The translations under genes and the position numbers were made by a program. The notes under the pieces were generated by a model that was given only the letters and a program-made list of their open reading frames with translations, was not told the origin of the DNA and did not search any database. Positions 1-12,153 of a stretch of 64,000 nucleotides of DNA are shown in pieces; the first letter of the stretch is position 1, and every line of letters starts with the position of its first letter. This DNA comes from Octopus sinensis (Eukaryota), in NCBI RefSeq assembly GCF_006345805.1, contig NC_043000.1:111042001-111106000 (forward strand), in the 5' to 3' direction.

Positions 1-95
1 AATTATAAAAGTTTTTTATGAGGGCTGATGGGAGAAAAATTGATTTACTGACTTTCTTAAAATTTATATTTATATCGGCGATATATTGTATATAT

Positions 96-356
96 GTGGA
101 GGCGCGTGGCTTAGTGGTTAGGGTGTCAGCACCATGATCGTAAGATTGTGGTTTCTATTCCTGGACCGGGCGACGCGTTGCGTTCTTGAGCAAAACACTT
201 CATATCACATTGCTCCAGTTCATTCAGCTGGCAAAAATGAGTAACACTGCAATGGACTGGCGTCCCGTCCATCTGGGTGGGGGGGACACATACGCCATTG
301 AAACAGGGAAACCGGGCCCATGAGCCTGGCTAGGCTTTAAAAAGGGCGCATTTATT
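96..356 (+). mobile_element. tRNA-derived SINE (family C)
   Basis: Head GGAGGCGCGTGGCTTAGTGGTTAGGG (A box) and GTTTCTATTCC (B-box-like), then the body and an (ATTT)n tail. Related heads at 32848 and 44433(-). Confidence 0.7.
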
Positions 357-921
357 TATATATTATATTGTGTGTGTGTGTGTATATATATACCTACGCA
401 CAACACATACTCAGTGACACGAGACTGGACAGAGAGCAGAGCCAAAATTCTTAGAAAACCACAGGAGGTCCAGTAGGCCAACGGAATAATAATAATACTT
501 CTTCTTCCCTATCAGATACAAACGCACACACACACACACACACATACACACACACATACACACACACATACACATACACACATGTTTTCTCTGTCTCACT
601 TCCTCCTCACCCTTTTATACTGTCTTATTCCTCCCCACCACTACTACGAAACTATAAAATGTTCAAATTACCCACAAGGAATTGATTTGATTTGAAAACC
701 CCACTGGATTGGGAGAAAGCGCTAATCCGAATGATATGATATATATGTAAAAAATGTAATATATAAATAAATATCTATAAATATGAACCATCCGATCTGA
801 TTACCTCATTTTTTCTAATATATATATTATATATATATATATATTTATATTGAACGAGAGGGAGCGAACAGTAGGAGAGAGTAAAGTACAGAAAGAAAGA
901 TAAAACTGTTTAAATCAGATG

Positions 922-1279
922 ATTTATCTTTTACTTGTTTCAGTCATTTGACTGCGGCCATGCTGGAGCACCGCCTTTGGAAGCCTAGTACTTATTTTAT
1001 CGGCTATTTTGCCGAACCGCTAAGTTACGGGGATGTAAACACACCAACATCGGTTGTCAAGCGATGTTGGGGGACAAACATATACAAACACACACGTATA
1101 TATATACATATATACAACGGGCTTCTTTCAGTTTCCGTCTACCAAATCCACTCACAAGGCTTTGGTCGGGCCGAGGCTATAGTAGAAGACACTTGCCCAA
1201 GGTGCCACGCAGTGGGAATGAACCCGGAACCATGTGGTTAGTAAGCAAGCTACTTACCACACAGCCACTCCTGCGCCTA
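922..1279 (-). mobile_element. tRNA-derived SINE family A (CORE-like central segment)
   Basis: Minus strand reads GGCGCAGGAGTGGCTGTGTGGTAAG...GGTTCATTCCC...GGCACCTTGGGCAAGTGTCTTC...TGACTGAAACAAGTAAAAG. More than 15 copies in the window. Confidence 0.85.
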
Positions 1280-1460
1280 TTTATTTTTCATAGAGTCCCG
1301 ACAGTGTCGAATGGGAATATCTTAGCAGATTCACACAATCGTTTTGATTTTCGTTGTTCACCGTTAAGTCCTCGTATGACGATTTATCATTGTTTAAAAT
1401 GTTATCTAGCAAGAGATCTGTTAAATTTGTTCGGCAATTTCCTGTTAATCAAACTGTGTC

Positions 1461-1494
<34 letters not shown>

Positions 1495-1709
1495 CACACA
1501 TATTCGATTTCTGATTAGATATAGAATATTACATGGCAGATAAACATGACTCACACATTGTTAATTTCAAAAACAAAATCAGGCATACAGTGTTGTTAAG
1601 AAGTTTGTTTGGTAACCATGCGGTTTTCAGGTTCAGCCTTACTGCGCAGCACCTCGTGAAATTAGAAGATGGTATCTGTGAAACACAGTCGTGTGTGTGT
1701 GTGTGTGTG

Positions 1710-1755
<46 letters not shown>

Positions 1756-1756
1756 T

Positions 1757-2162
1757 CTCTCTTTTACTCTTTTACTTGTTTCAGTCATTTGACTGCGGCC
1801 ATGCTGGAGCACCGCCTTTAATCGAGCAACTCGATCCCGGGACTTATTCTTTTTTGTAAGCCCAGTACTTATTCTATCGGTCTCTTTTGCCGAAGCGCTA
1901 AGTGACGGGGACGTAAACACACCAGCATCGGTTGTCAAGCAATGCTAGAGGGACAAACACAGGCACACAAACACACATACATATATATATATACATATAT
2001 ACGACAGGCTTCTTTCAGTTTCCGTCTACCAAATCCACTCACAAGGCATTGGTCGGCCCGGGGCTATAGCAGAAGACACTTGCCCAAGATGCCACGCAGT
2101 GGGATTGAACCCGGAGTCATGTGGCTGGTTAGCAAGCTACTTACCACACAGCCACTCCTGCG

Positions 2163-2165
<3 letters not shown>
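1757..2165 (-). mobile_element. SINE family A, full length
   Basis: Same head, core and tail as 922-1279; flanked by (TA)n. Confidence 0.85.
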
Positions 2166-2235
<70 letters not shown>

Positions 2236-3134
2236 TCTTATCGTTTTATTTGTTGCAATTATTTGACGGCGGCCATTGCTGAAGCACTGCCTTGAAAGGT
2301 TTTTGTCGAACAGATCGACCCCAAGATTTATTTTTTAAGCCTAGTACTTATTCTATCGTTCTCTTTGACCGAACCGCTGGGTTACGGGGACGTAAACACA
2401 TCAATAGCGGTTGTTAAGTGGTAGTGGTGGTGGGGGAAAATATAAATACAAAGACACACATTCATAGATATATACATACACATACACACACACAGAGTAT
2501 CCAAACGTGTGTCCGCGGAGCACGTTCACCCCTTATGGTTACCAGATATCATCAGCAATACCTTGCATTCCTCATTGGGTCAACTTCCAAGAATTCCAGG
2601 GTGCACGAAGGGTATATATTAAAGGTTACTAGAGAAGACGGAGTGTACCAAAAACAATTTGTTATTCTTAAGCGAGAATATCGTTGACAGTACCTTCGAA
2701 GTTTGAGCCAGTTAAGCCATCGTCGGACGTTGGCCTATTTATTCTAAATATTCTCTGTGCTTATGTTGTATCTCCCACCACTGCCTGGCAACTGATATTG
2801 GTTTGTCTATATCTCCATAGCTTAGCAGTTCTGCTAAAGACACCGATGAATAAGTACCAAGATTACAAAAAATAAATAGGGCTGAAATCGAAACAAGCAA
2901 AAGAATAAAAGATATCCATAGATTCATATATTGACGTATTAATCCTTATTTCTGTTAGTTATACATTTAGCCTTTGTTTTCATGTATTATTCAATATATC
3001 TATATACATCCCGTGTTTGTGGTTACATATTGAGTATCAAGGAACAGACTTACGCATCAGTGAATTGTCTGTATGGTTCTATCTGTTTCATTGTAGGTTT
3101 TATGCTACGGCGCTGTTGCATTGTCTTTCGTACT

Positions 3135-3502
3135 TTATTGTTTCAGTCACAAGACGGTGGCTAAGCTGGAGCATTACCATTGAGGATGTTAGTTGAACAA
3201 ACCGACCCCAGAACTTATTCTTTTTAAATCTGTTTATTCTATCGGTGTGCTTTGTCGAACTTCTAGATTACAGGAACATAAACACACCAACAGCAGTGGT
3301 AGGGGGCGAACACGGACACAAAAACGCACATATACGTATATATACGATAGGCTTCTTTCAGTTTCCGTCATCCAAATTAACTCACAAGGCTTTGGCCAGC
3401 CCTAGGTTATAAGTAGAAGACACTCTGCCATGGTGCCACGCAGTAAAATTAAACCCGGAACCATGTAATTGGGAAGCAAGCATCTTATCACACAGTCACG
3501 CC
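3135..3502 (-). mobile_element. SINE family A, diverged
   Basis: Shared GGCTTCTTTCAGTTTCCGTC and CTCACAAGGCTTTGG blocks. Confidence 0.75.
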
Positions 3503-3534
3503 TTTAAATTAGACAAAATAAATAAGTAATAATC

Positions 3535-3670
3535 CTTCCTGCTTTCGGTACAGGGCCTGAAATTTTGAGGGGAGGAGACGAGTCGGTTACATCGAACCCG
3601 GTACTTATCTGATTTTATCGACCCCAAAAGTATGAAAAGTAAAGTCTATCTCAGTGGAATTTGAACTCAA
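3535..3670 (-). mobile_element. SINE family B fragment
   Basis: TTTATCGACCCC-AAAG-ATGAAA...GGAATTTGAACTC central block plus tail B. Confidence 0.65.
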
Positions 3671-4159
3671 AATATATAACTAATAATAAAGATAATGGCT
3701 GAGTATTACTCGACTCAAAGGACTCGTAGCACCTGTTTTTCAGCTTCCATGGCGTACAGGTGGCTGACATCGTATTAAGCCATTCTGTTCTGTATAGGAA
3801 TTGGTGCCAACAGCCTCGAATCCTTATCTTCTTACGACCTGTATGTGAATTTCTTTTCCATCTTCTTTCTCTCTTCTTTGGAGGTGTTGACAGATTTAAT
3901 ATCCCATATATTTCAAATCAGACGAGCCTTCCTCAATTTACTCTCCCAACCGGCACCCAGTCGAGAGAATCAAGACACATGTTATACGTTTTGGGAGACA
4001 AAGACAAACACTAAATGTTAAGCTTTGCATTTTAATTTCAGTTCACCTGGAGAAAACGTTTCTTTTTATGTTTTTTACATAATGTAATTGATTTGATCCT
4101 CAATTCAAAAAAAGGATAAACATTTGAAACAGCTGTAGTGAACTTCAGCCCATTTGTGT

Positions 4160-4531
4160 TGGCGTGGATGTGTGGTAAGAAGCTTGCTGACTAACCACAT
4201 GGTTCCGGGTTCAGTCTCACTGCGTGGCACCTTGGGAAAGTGTCTTCTACTATAGCCTCGGGCCGACCAAAGCCCTGAGTGGATTTGGTTGACGGAAACT
4301 GAAAGAAACCCGTCGTATATATGTATATGTATATATGTTTGTGTTTGTCACCCCACCATCGCTTGACAAACGATGTTCGTGTGTTTACGTCCCCGTAACT
4401 TAGCGATTCGGTTAAGAGACTGATAGAATAAGTATTAAGCTTACAAAGAATAAGTCCTAGGGTCGATTTGTTCGACTAAAGGTGGTGCTCTAGCTTGGCC
4501 ACAGTGAAATGACTGAAACAAATAAAAGAAT
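4160..4531 (+). mobile_element. SINE family A
   Basis: GTGTGGTAAGAAGCTTGC...GGTTCAGTC...GGCACCTTGGG...TGACTGAAACAAATAAAAGAA. Confidence 0.85.
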
Positions 4532-4554
4532 ATATATATATATTATATTATATT

Positions 4555-5870
4555 AAATTAGAGATAAAACCACTATTAGGCAAATCAAACAGTGAAAATC
4601 ATAGGCCAATACATAGAAATAAAATTAATTAAAAAATATATAAAATATAAAATATAAAAATCCAATTAAAATATTTAAATTAAAGTTAAAATTTAAAAAA
4701 ATTATTTAAATTAATAAATTAAACTTAAAAATTTTAAATATATATATATATATTTATATATATATATATATTTTATTATTATTTTATTTATTTATTTATT
4801 TTTTATTTATTTTTTTTTTAAACTATCAAAAAGTATTAAAAGTTTAATATAAGATAAAGAGTAAAAACTCTACGATCGTTTCATGCCCGTAACCAATTCG
4901 AATAACAATAATAATAATTTAAATTTAATTAATAATTCGAATTATGGTTACAGTCAATCTTCAGGTTAATTGTAATATTTTAATAATAAATCAGAAATAT
5001 TTAAACAATATTTTTTAATAAATAAATAATATAATAAATTTTCTTATAAAAAACTCTATTATCAAACTAGAAACTTAACGATTATGATTATGTCAAAACA
5101 ACGATTATAATGTTAAATATTAATTTTAATTTTTAAGTATTCATTTTTAAGGTAAGAAACCCACCAATAATCTAATATCAGTAATAGTCAATATCTAATT
5201 ACATAAATATTTTACAAAAAATGACTATTCATATTATTAAAATATAAATTTTAAATAATATATAAATTATCAATGAAAATATATAAATGTATATAAATAT
5301 TATAATTAAGATCTAAAATAATCTCTATAAATTAATATATATGCACATATAATAAAGACCTAATAAATTAATTTTTCACATTTAAAGATGAAATAGCTAA
5401 TTTCAAAAATACAAATAAACAATCTTAAACGAACGCTATAGCAAATTAACTATCTTTATATCTCGTTGGCTAAATAATAACTTTCAAAAATCTTATATTT
5501 AAAATACTTAAAGAAATAATCAATTCGTAGTTATATAGTATCAAATAAATACTATAAATATATTTATCAATGGGAATAATATGACTAGCAAATAACAATT
5601 TAAAAAGACAATATATAAGTTAAAATAATAATTATAAGAAATTTAAAACTACAATTAATGCTATTAATACATGAATCTAACTTAAAACAACTCGTATACT
5701 TGCTATCAAACAACATATCTATCGCTAAGTAAATTCTTACGAATAAACTTAAAGTTGATATCTAATAATTGTATAGAAAATTACGATAATTAGATAAACA
5801 ACGATATTTACATAAAAAAAACATTATTATACCATACGACTTATAAAATATTAAAATTTAAAATTCAAAG
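4555..5870 (-). mobile_element. Very AT-rich Penelope-like remnant (pseudo-LTR with hammerhead motif)
   Basis: Extremely AT-rich block holding a hammerhead motif at 4865-4970. Its end resembles 17670-17720. The extent is approximate. Confidence 0.4.
4865..4970 (-). ncRNA. Minimal hammerhead ribozyme motif with long stem II
   Basis: Minus strand: CTGAAGA, a long hairpin (TGTAACCA..TTCGAAT / ATTCGAATTGGTTACG), then GAAAC GATC GTA. Stem III is the palindrome ACGATCGT; stem I is weak. Confidence 0.55.
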
Positions 5871-6160
5871 ATCTTACATATATATATATATACAGGTGCA
5901 GGCATGGGTGTGTGGTGAAAAATTTGCTTCCCAACCACATGGATCCGAGTTCAACCTCGGGGCGTCCAAAGCCTTTTGAGCCGATTAGGTAGACGGAAAT
6001 TGAAAGAATCTCGTTGTGTATGTGTTTCTCAAGCGCTGGTGGAGGACATTGATAAGCACAAAAACACACACACATATCTCTCTGTCTCTGTCTCTCTGTC
6101 TCTCTGTCTCTCTGTCTGTCTCTGTCTGTCTCTCTCTCTCTCTCTCTCTTATATATATAT

Positions 6161-6474
6161 ATATAAGAGAGTTAACGATAAGTGGCTAACTCTAGTGCTA
6201 GAAATAGCTCCTTATTCTTGTATAGCCACCGAAGATTTTTTCCACAGCAGAAACAGCATTACCCTCAACGTAGGGAAAGCGAAATACAACAAAAAGATAG
6301 ATCAATACTGAACAATTGTTTCCTTCTCAACATCTATCTGTTTTTTTTTATTTCGCTTCCCCTACGTTGAGGGTAATGCTGTTTCTGCTGTGGAAAAAAT
6401 CTTCGGTGGCTATACCAGAATAAGGAGCTATTTCTAGCACTAGAGTTAGCGACTTATCGTTAACTCTCTTATAT
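6161..6474. repeat. Long inverted repeat (about 140-bp arms, 29-bp spacer)
   Basis: 6161-6302 is the reverse complement of 6332-6474 with few mismatches. Embedded in (TA)n. Confidence 0.9.
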
Positions 6475-6572
6475 TTATATATAAATTTGTACTCCCTAGT
6501 TTCTGTGTGCTAGGCCACTTGGTGTTAAACTGACGGTATTATTAAATTAATATCTAATTTTTCACCCTCATT

Positions 6573-6635
<63 letters not shown>

Positions 6636-6642
6636 GTCTGTG

Positions 6643-6851
6643 GCGGGGGTCCTGAAAAGTTCCTGGCTTTAAGGGTATTGCAACAGGCCTAGCTGGAGGC
6701 CCAGCCTCCAAGTTCTTTTACAGGCTTAGAAAAACTGAAGGACTGCTGCAATAAGTGTGAATCTGAGAGGGGAATATGTTGAATAAGATCATCTGACTGG
6801 TCCTCCTGTATTTTCTTTTATCTAAAGCCAGGAAATTTTCAGCACCTCCCG
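6643..6851 (+). mobile_element. Mariner-derived MITE
   Basis: TIRs CGGGGGTCCTGAAAAGTTCCTGGCTTTA / TAAAGCCAGGAAATTTTCAGCACCTCCCG. Internal LEKLKDCCNKC..GEYVE* resembles a mariner transposase C-terminus. Confidence 0.65.
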
Positions 6852-6861
6852 TGTGTGTATG

Positions 6862-6955
<94 letters not shown>

Positions 6956-7094
6956 TGTATGTATGTATGTATGTATGTATGTATGTATGTATGTATGTAT
7001 GTAGGTGAAATTTACAGGAAAACAAAAGACGAAGACAGGCGTATGAACAACAAGTAAGTGTATTAGTTTGATGCTCGGGAAAAATGAAAAACGT

Positions 7095-7130
7095 CTTTTA
7101 TGTTTCGAGCCTACGCTCTTCAACAGAAAG
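7095..7130 (-). ncRNA. Degenerate minimal hammerhead motif
   Basis: CTTT CTGTTGA A GAGC gtag GCTC GAAAC ATA AAAG. Stems I and II pair; core A6 is changed to T. Confidence 0.45.
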
Positions 7131-7758
7131 GAATAAGGAAAAAACCGTGTGAGCGGCCCAACATTGCGACTGATTGGGAAAAAAGAGGTTGAATGAAAGG
7201 GAAATAATAATAGTGCTAGAGATCCCAACAAGAGAAAGTGCGTGTTCGTGTGTGTTTGTGAGAATGTGTGTGGGTGTGTATTGTGAATAAGGGCGAGTAA
7301 CTCTGACATGTGTAAGCGTGTGCGTGTGTAACGTGTGTGTGTCTGTTGTGTATAGCAGTTGATATGTGCTTTTTCACGTGGTGTGTGCACATGTGTGTGT
7401 GTGTGAGACCAAACAGTGTGCATGTGTATGGCTTATGTATGTAAGCGAAATTTATCCTTGTCTATGTATGTTGCGTGTGTTAATGCGTGTTGTATGTGTA
7501 TGTATATATTGTGGGCGTTCAGGCATATGTGCTTGTGTGGGTGTGGGAGTGTGCATGATGGTGTGTAGTGTGTGCACTGAGTTAAAAAGTGTGTGTGGTT
7601 ACTCACACAGTTGTATGTGTGGGAACGGTATTGAAGATTCTGTATAGGTGTGTGGATGATGGTATGTGGTGTTGGTACTGAGAAGAGGTCAGTGCTAGTG
7701 TGTGTGGAGTGGTGTGAGGTTGGTTTCAAATGAAGAGAGGAGGTGTCAGAGGTTGGTG

Positions 7759-7947
7759 TCAGATGAAGAGAGGAGGTGGGTTGAGCTCATATGTTGCAAA
7801 GGAGCGAAGAGAGAAGATGAATCCCTGTTCACGGTGAAGGCGGGAGTTCGGATGGTCCCTGTGGAAAGACTGTCCGAACCCAGACACATGTAGTGAATGA
7901 CCGGTAGAGCGGAAATGGCGCGAGACCGGGGTGTCATGATAGAGTCT

Positions 7948-7950
<3 letters not shown>
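7759..7950 (-). pseudogene. Penelope-like GIY-YIG endonuclease C-terminal fragment
   Basis: Manual translation IRLYHDTPVSRHFRSTGHSLHVSGFGQSFHRDHPNSRLHREQGFIFSLRSFATYELNPPPLFI* fits the PV.RHF...H...R..RE...I..L.....LN pattern. Confidence 0.7.
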
Positions 7951-7990
<40 letters not shown>

Positions 7991-8882
7991 ATATATATAT
8001 ATATATATAATATATATATATCATTGCTTTTATGTTAAACTGTTGTATGTCCAAATTTGGACACATGCGTTTTTTTCAATATTTATTTTTGTTTGCAATA
8101 GCTGGTTCTTTTGGTCTGACTATCGTATCTCCAGCTGCTTCAGATGCCAAAATAGCAAATATTGTCAAAGTGTAGTACAATGGTTTTGCTATGGAATGGA
8201 GAAACTATTTTTTCGTTTTCTGAAAAAGCAACGTTTTGACCTAACGACACTTATGCATAATAGCAACGAGATATATATATATATATATTTGTGTGTGTGT
8301 GTGTGTGTGTGTGGTTATAGTTGTCCTGCACCACCGCTTGACAACCGGTGTCGGTTTCTTTATGTCTCCATAACTTAGCGATTCAGCATAAGTGACCAAT
8401 AGACCAGGCTTTCAAAAACAAAAATAGTACTAGTGCTGATTCGTTCGACAGAAATCCTTCAAGGCGGTGCCCCAGCATGGCCGCAGTCCAGTTACTGAAA
8501 GAAGTAAAGGCTAACAAAAGATATTTCCTTATTTCCATGGGATTTCTATTATTTTGCTTAACATCAATCGCGGTGAGGATCCCGTCCTCAACAAAGCCTC
8601 TCTTTCCACACTTTCCCCCGTCATTTAATGCAACCATACAATTCTTTTAATGACTCGAATCAATAAAAATATATTCACAGCTAATGACTTGTATCAATTC
8701 AGTTAATGCGTCGATAGATTCGCTCACACAGTTTTTACGAATACAGTGACAAACCTCATGAGGGTTAGTCGCTATACGGGCATCTGATCTCCTAGAAATA
8801 GCAACCAAACCTCTCTCAAACTACACTCTGTCAGCTTGAGAAGATGAGGGTGGATTTTTTGATTAGCTTCGTTTCATATTAA

Positions 8883-9046
8883 CCCTTTAAATCTCAGAGT
8901 ACTTAAATGTCTGAATATTACTTTTAAATTTTTACAGATGATTGAAAATAGGTTAAAAGGAAAAAAATAATTATTAAAACTCCTTTACTTCAAGTTGAAA
9001 TGGAAATACTCAGTGTCCTATTTATAGGACAGTGGCACTTAATGGG
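8883..9046. mobile_element. Possible piggyBac-like MITE
   Basis: TTAA|CCCTTTAAATCTCA ... TGGCACTTAATGGG|TTAA: imperfect TIRs flanked by TTAA. Confidence 0.45.
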
Positions 9047-9066
9047 TTAATATTCCAGGGGTAATT

Positions 9067-9260
9067 AAGGCGGCAAGCTGGCAGAATCGTAGCGGCATTT
9101 CTTCCCTCTTTACGATCTGCGTTCAAATTCCGTCGTGGGCAATATTGCCTTTCATTCCTTTGGCATTGATAAAATAAGTACCAGTCATGCATTGGAGTCG
9201 ATGTAATCGTCTTACCCCGTCTCCCGAACTTGCTGGCCTTGTGCCGAAATTTGAAACCGA
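9067..9260 (+). mobile_element. SINE family B
   Basis: AAGGCGGCAAGCTGGCAGAATCG head, GTTCAAATTCC B box, GCCTTTCATTCCTTT central block. Confidence 0.75.
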
Positions 9261-9377
9261 TATTTCAGGAGTAATTAGAGTTTATCTTCATATTGAAATA
9301 TTAAATTGCATCTTTTTATTCAGGGATGTAGGTCATATAAGGTAAAATGTTTTAAGATCGGTTATTGCTGAAATAAT

Positions 9378-10180
9378 CCTTTCTATTATAGGTACAAGGC
9401 CTAAAATTTGAGGGATTGTCGATTACATCGACTCCAGTGTTTCACTGGTACTTAATTTGTCGACCCTGAAAGGATGAAAGGCAAAGTTGACCTCGGCGGA
9501 ATTTGAACTCAGAACGTCAAGGCAGACGAAATACCGCTAAGCATTTCACCCAGCGTGCTAACAGTTCTGCCAGCTCACCGCCTTATGTTATTCTTTTCTA
9601 CTCTAGAAACAAGGCCCGAAATTTTGGGGGAGGGGGCGAGTCGATTAGATCTACCACAGTACACAGCTGGTACTTAATTTATCGACCCCGAAAGGATGAA
9701 AAGCAAAGTAGACCTCGGCGGAATTTGAACTCAGAACTTAAAGTCGGACGAAGTACCTATTTCTATTTCTTTACTACCCACAAGGGGCTAAATACAGAGA
9801 GGACAAGCAAGGACAGACAAAGGGATTAAGTCGATTATATCGACCCCAGTGCGTAACTGGTACTTATTTAATCGACCCCGAAAGGATGAAAGGCAAAGTC
9901 GAGCTCGGCGGAATTTGAACTCTGAACGTAGCGGCAGCCGAAATACCTATTTCTTTACTACACACAAGGGGCTATATATAGAGGGGACAAACAAGGACAG
10001 ACAAACGGATTAAGTCGATTATATCGACCCCAGTGCGTAACTGGTATTTATTTAATCGACCTCGAAAGGATGAAAGGCAAAGTCGACCTCGGCGGAATTT
10101 GAATTCAGAACGTAGCGCCAGACGAAATACGGCTAAGCATTTCGCCCGGGGTGCTAACGGTTCTGCCAGCTTGCGGCCTT
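9378..10180 (-). mobile_element. Composite of four nested family B SINE units
   Basis: Units 9378-9584, 9589-9756, 9757-9946 and 9947-10180. TSD-like GTTATTGCTGAAATAAT (9361) / GCTATTGCTGGAATAAT (10183). Confidence 0.85.
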
Positions 10181-10499
10181 ATGCTATTGCTGGAATAATG
10201 CAGTCCGAGAGATATTGTCAGAAAATTCGTTTGTTTCTTTTCAATGTTATTTGAATTAATACGAAAAATATTTTTATCGTAGTGTTTTATGATTTTTTTT
10301 TGTACTTTTCTTCTACCTTTACATCTTTTGTTTGTCGTTTTTGAAATTTGAATAAATTTTGCCTATTTCAGACGTGGGATTAATGTCGACATTTTTTCCG
10401 GGCCCCTTACGTTCTGAGTTCTTATCCGACTGAGGTCATATTTGTCTCGCATTCTTTCGGGGTCGATGAAATAAAGTAGCAGTCAAGTACTGGAGTCGA

Positions 10500-10870
10500 T
10501 GCCATTTTCTTCAACACAGCAGCGCTCGCCTCTGTGTCGCTAATTTGACCCAAAACGCTATTCAGGACCTATATTCGAAAGGTCTACTGCGCACACCGTT
10601 TGCTCCTAATATAGCACCTTCACATTATCACTTATCACTCTCCAACAGTTCACACATTGTTTCGTTCAAGAATATCGTGAAGCTGAAAACGTGGTTCAAT
10701 GAATTCTTCGACTCAAGACCCAGAGATTTCTACCATCAAAGAATTCACAAGAAAGTGGAACGTCAGCAAGAAACCGTGGACAACGAAAGAAAATATATTA
10801 TTTACTGATTTATTAAAATTGTTGATGAAGAAGAGAAAAAAAAAACGAGCGAGTAATCTGACAACCCAAT
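10500..10870 (+). pseudogene. Mariner transposase C-terminal remnant
   Basis: PFAPNIAPSHYHL (compare PYSPDLAPSDYHL) and EFFDSRPRDFY..RI.K.VER...DNE.KYI. Confidence 0.7.
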
Positions 10871-11297
10871 ACGATTCCAGTGAGAAATGACGATGTAGTC
10901 ACGGCTGGAACGCCTTCGATAATAAGCCATTACATTTCGAGCTGATGCAGGGTGAAACCACAACAACGACAAATCTATCGATGGTTCTACGGTTGCTTTA
11001 GGAACGATTCATCTCTTTACCTCGTTACCATGGCTACAATATTGATGCAACATTGATCTCAGTAAAATAGATTGCGTTCACAATTAACGCTCTGTTATAA
11101 TGAGGAGACTGTCTTAAGTCAGTCATAAAAGATGACAGATAAAGACAGATCAAATTTATAAAGTTTAAGGTAGATAGGAAGATATAGTACCTGGAAAATA
11201 AAAAATTAATTGATGAGATGATCACGACTGGAAGGCGGATCTTGAATAGAGATACTTTGATCGGCGATGACCTGGGACTACACGACGACGACAATAA

Positions 11298-11393
11298 TAG
11301 CAACAATAATAATGATAATGATGATAATGATGATAATGATGATGATAATTATGATGATAATGATGATAATGATGATGATAATGATGATGATAA
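11298..11393. repeat. (GAT/AAT)n microsatellite
   Basis: Direct reading. Confidence 0.9.
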
Positions 11394-11419
11394 CCAAATG
11401 ATAACCAAATCCCAGAAGG

Positions 11420-11725
11420 AGTTACTGAGAATTAAGATGGAAAAATCCTGTGGGATGCAATGATTCGGTGTGATCATCAGATTAAACATCGGGAAGCTGA
11501 CATTGTTGTGGTAAACAGAAAAGAAAGAAAGAAAGAAAGAAAAAATATGTCTGATGATTGAGATAGCGTGTCCTGGTGTCAACAGGATTGAAGACGAGGA
11601 AAAAGAAAAAGTGAACAACTATGGCGAATTGAAGTGGGGAAATACACAGATTGTGAGCAATGAAGAGAGTGGACGTGGTACCAATAGTGACTGGCACGCT
11701 TGGAAGTATCAGTACCAATTTGTAG
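11420..11725 (+). pseudogene. R4/Dong-type LINE restriction-like endonuclease fragment
   Basis: KILWDA.IRCDH.I.HREADIVVV..., MIEIACPG.NRIEDEEKEKV.NY.ELKW, VVPIVTGTLGSI. Confidence 0.7.
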
Positions 11726-12153
11726 GCCTCTCTTTATTCTCCTTCTCTGTAGTCTCTTACGCTACAGTGGCCTCAAGCTGTTTGGAACAAAATAACACAC
11801 ACACACACACACACATATATATAAACAAACAAGACATCACTAACACCTTACTACTACTACTATACTACTACTACTACTACTACTACTACTATTACTACTA
11901 CTACTACTACTACTACCATCACCATTTTTTCCATGTAGAACAACACGACTAAGGGATCTTTTCTGCTATATCCATCCTCACTCGCAAGGCTTCGGTCGAC
12001 TCGGAGCTCCAAATGGGGACCCATAAGCATTTGACCCGATGATTCCAAACTGAATTACCATATCAATGATTGAATCAGAGACATTCCCGAAACAATTTGC
12101 AAGCAACGGCGTGTACTCACAGACACGTGCTTAGAGGAAATTTGTCGCCACCA

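Larger units (their letters stand above)
7003..7950 (-). mobile_element. 3' fragment of a Penelope-like retroelement
   Basis: GIY-YIG-type C-terminus, then a CA-rich low-complexity UTR, then a terminal segment with a hammerhead-like motif. Confidence 0.7.

Noticed and set aside
96-170. tRNA-like sequences here and at 32848 and other SINE heads
   Set aside because: They continue into SINE bodies and lack a complete cloverleaf, so they are not called tRNA genes.
411-820. Possible Penelope C-terminus and pseudo-LTR remnant
   Set aside because: Only a faint RL.RE..NG pattern with no hammerhead core; too weak to call.
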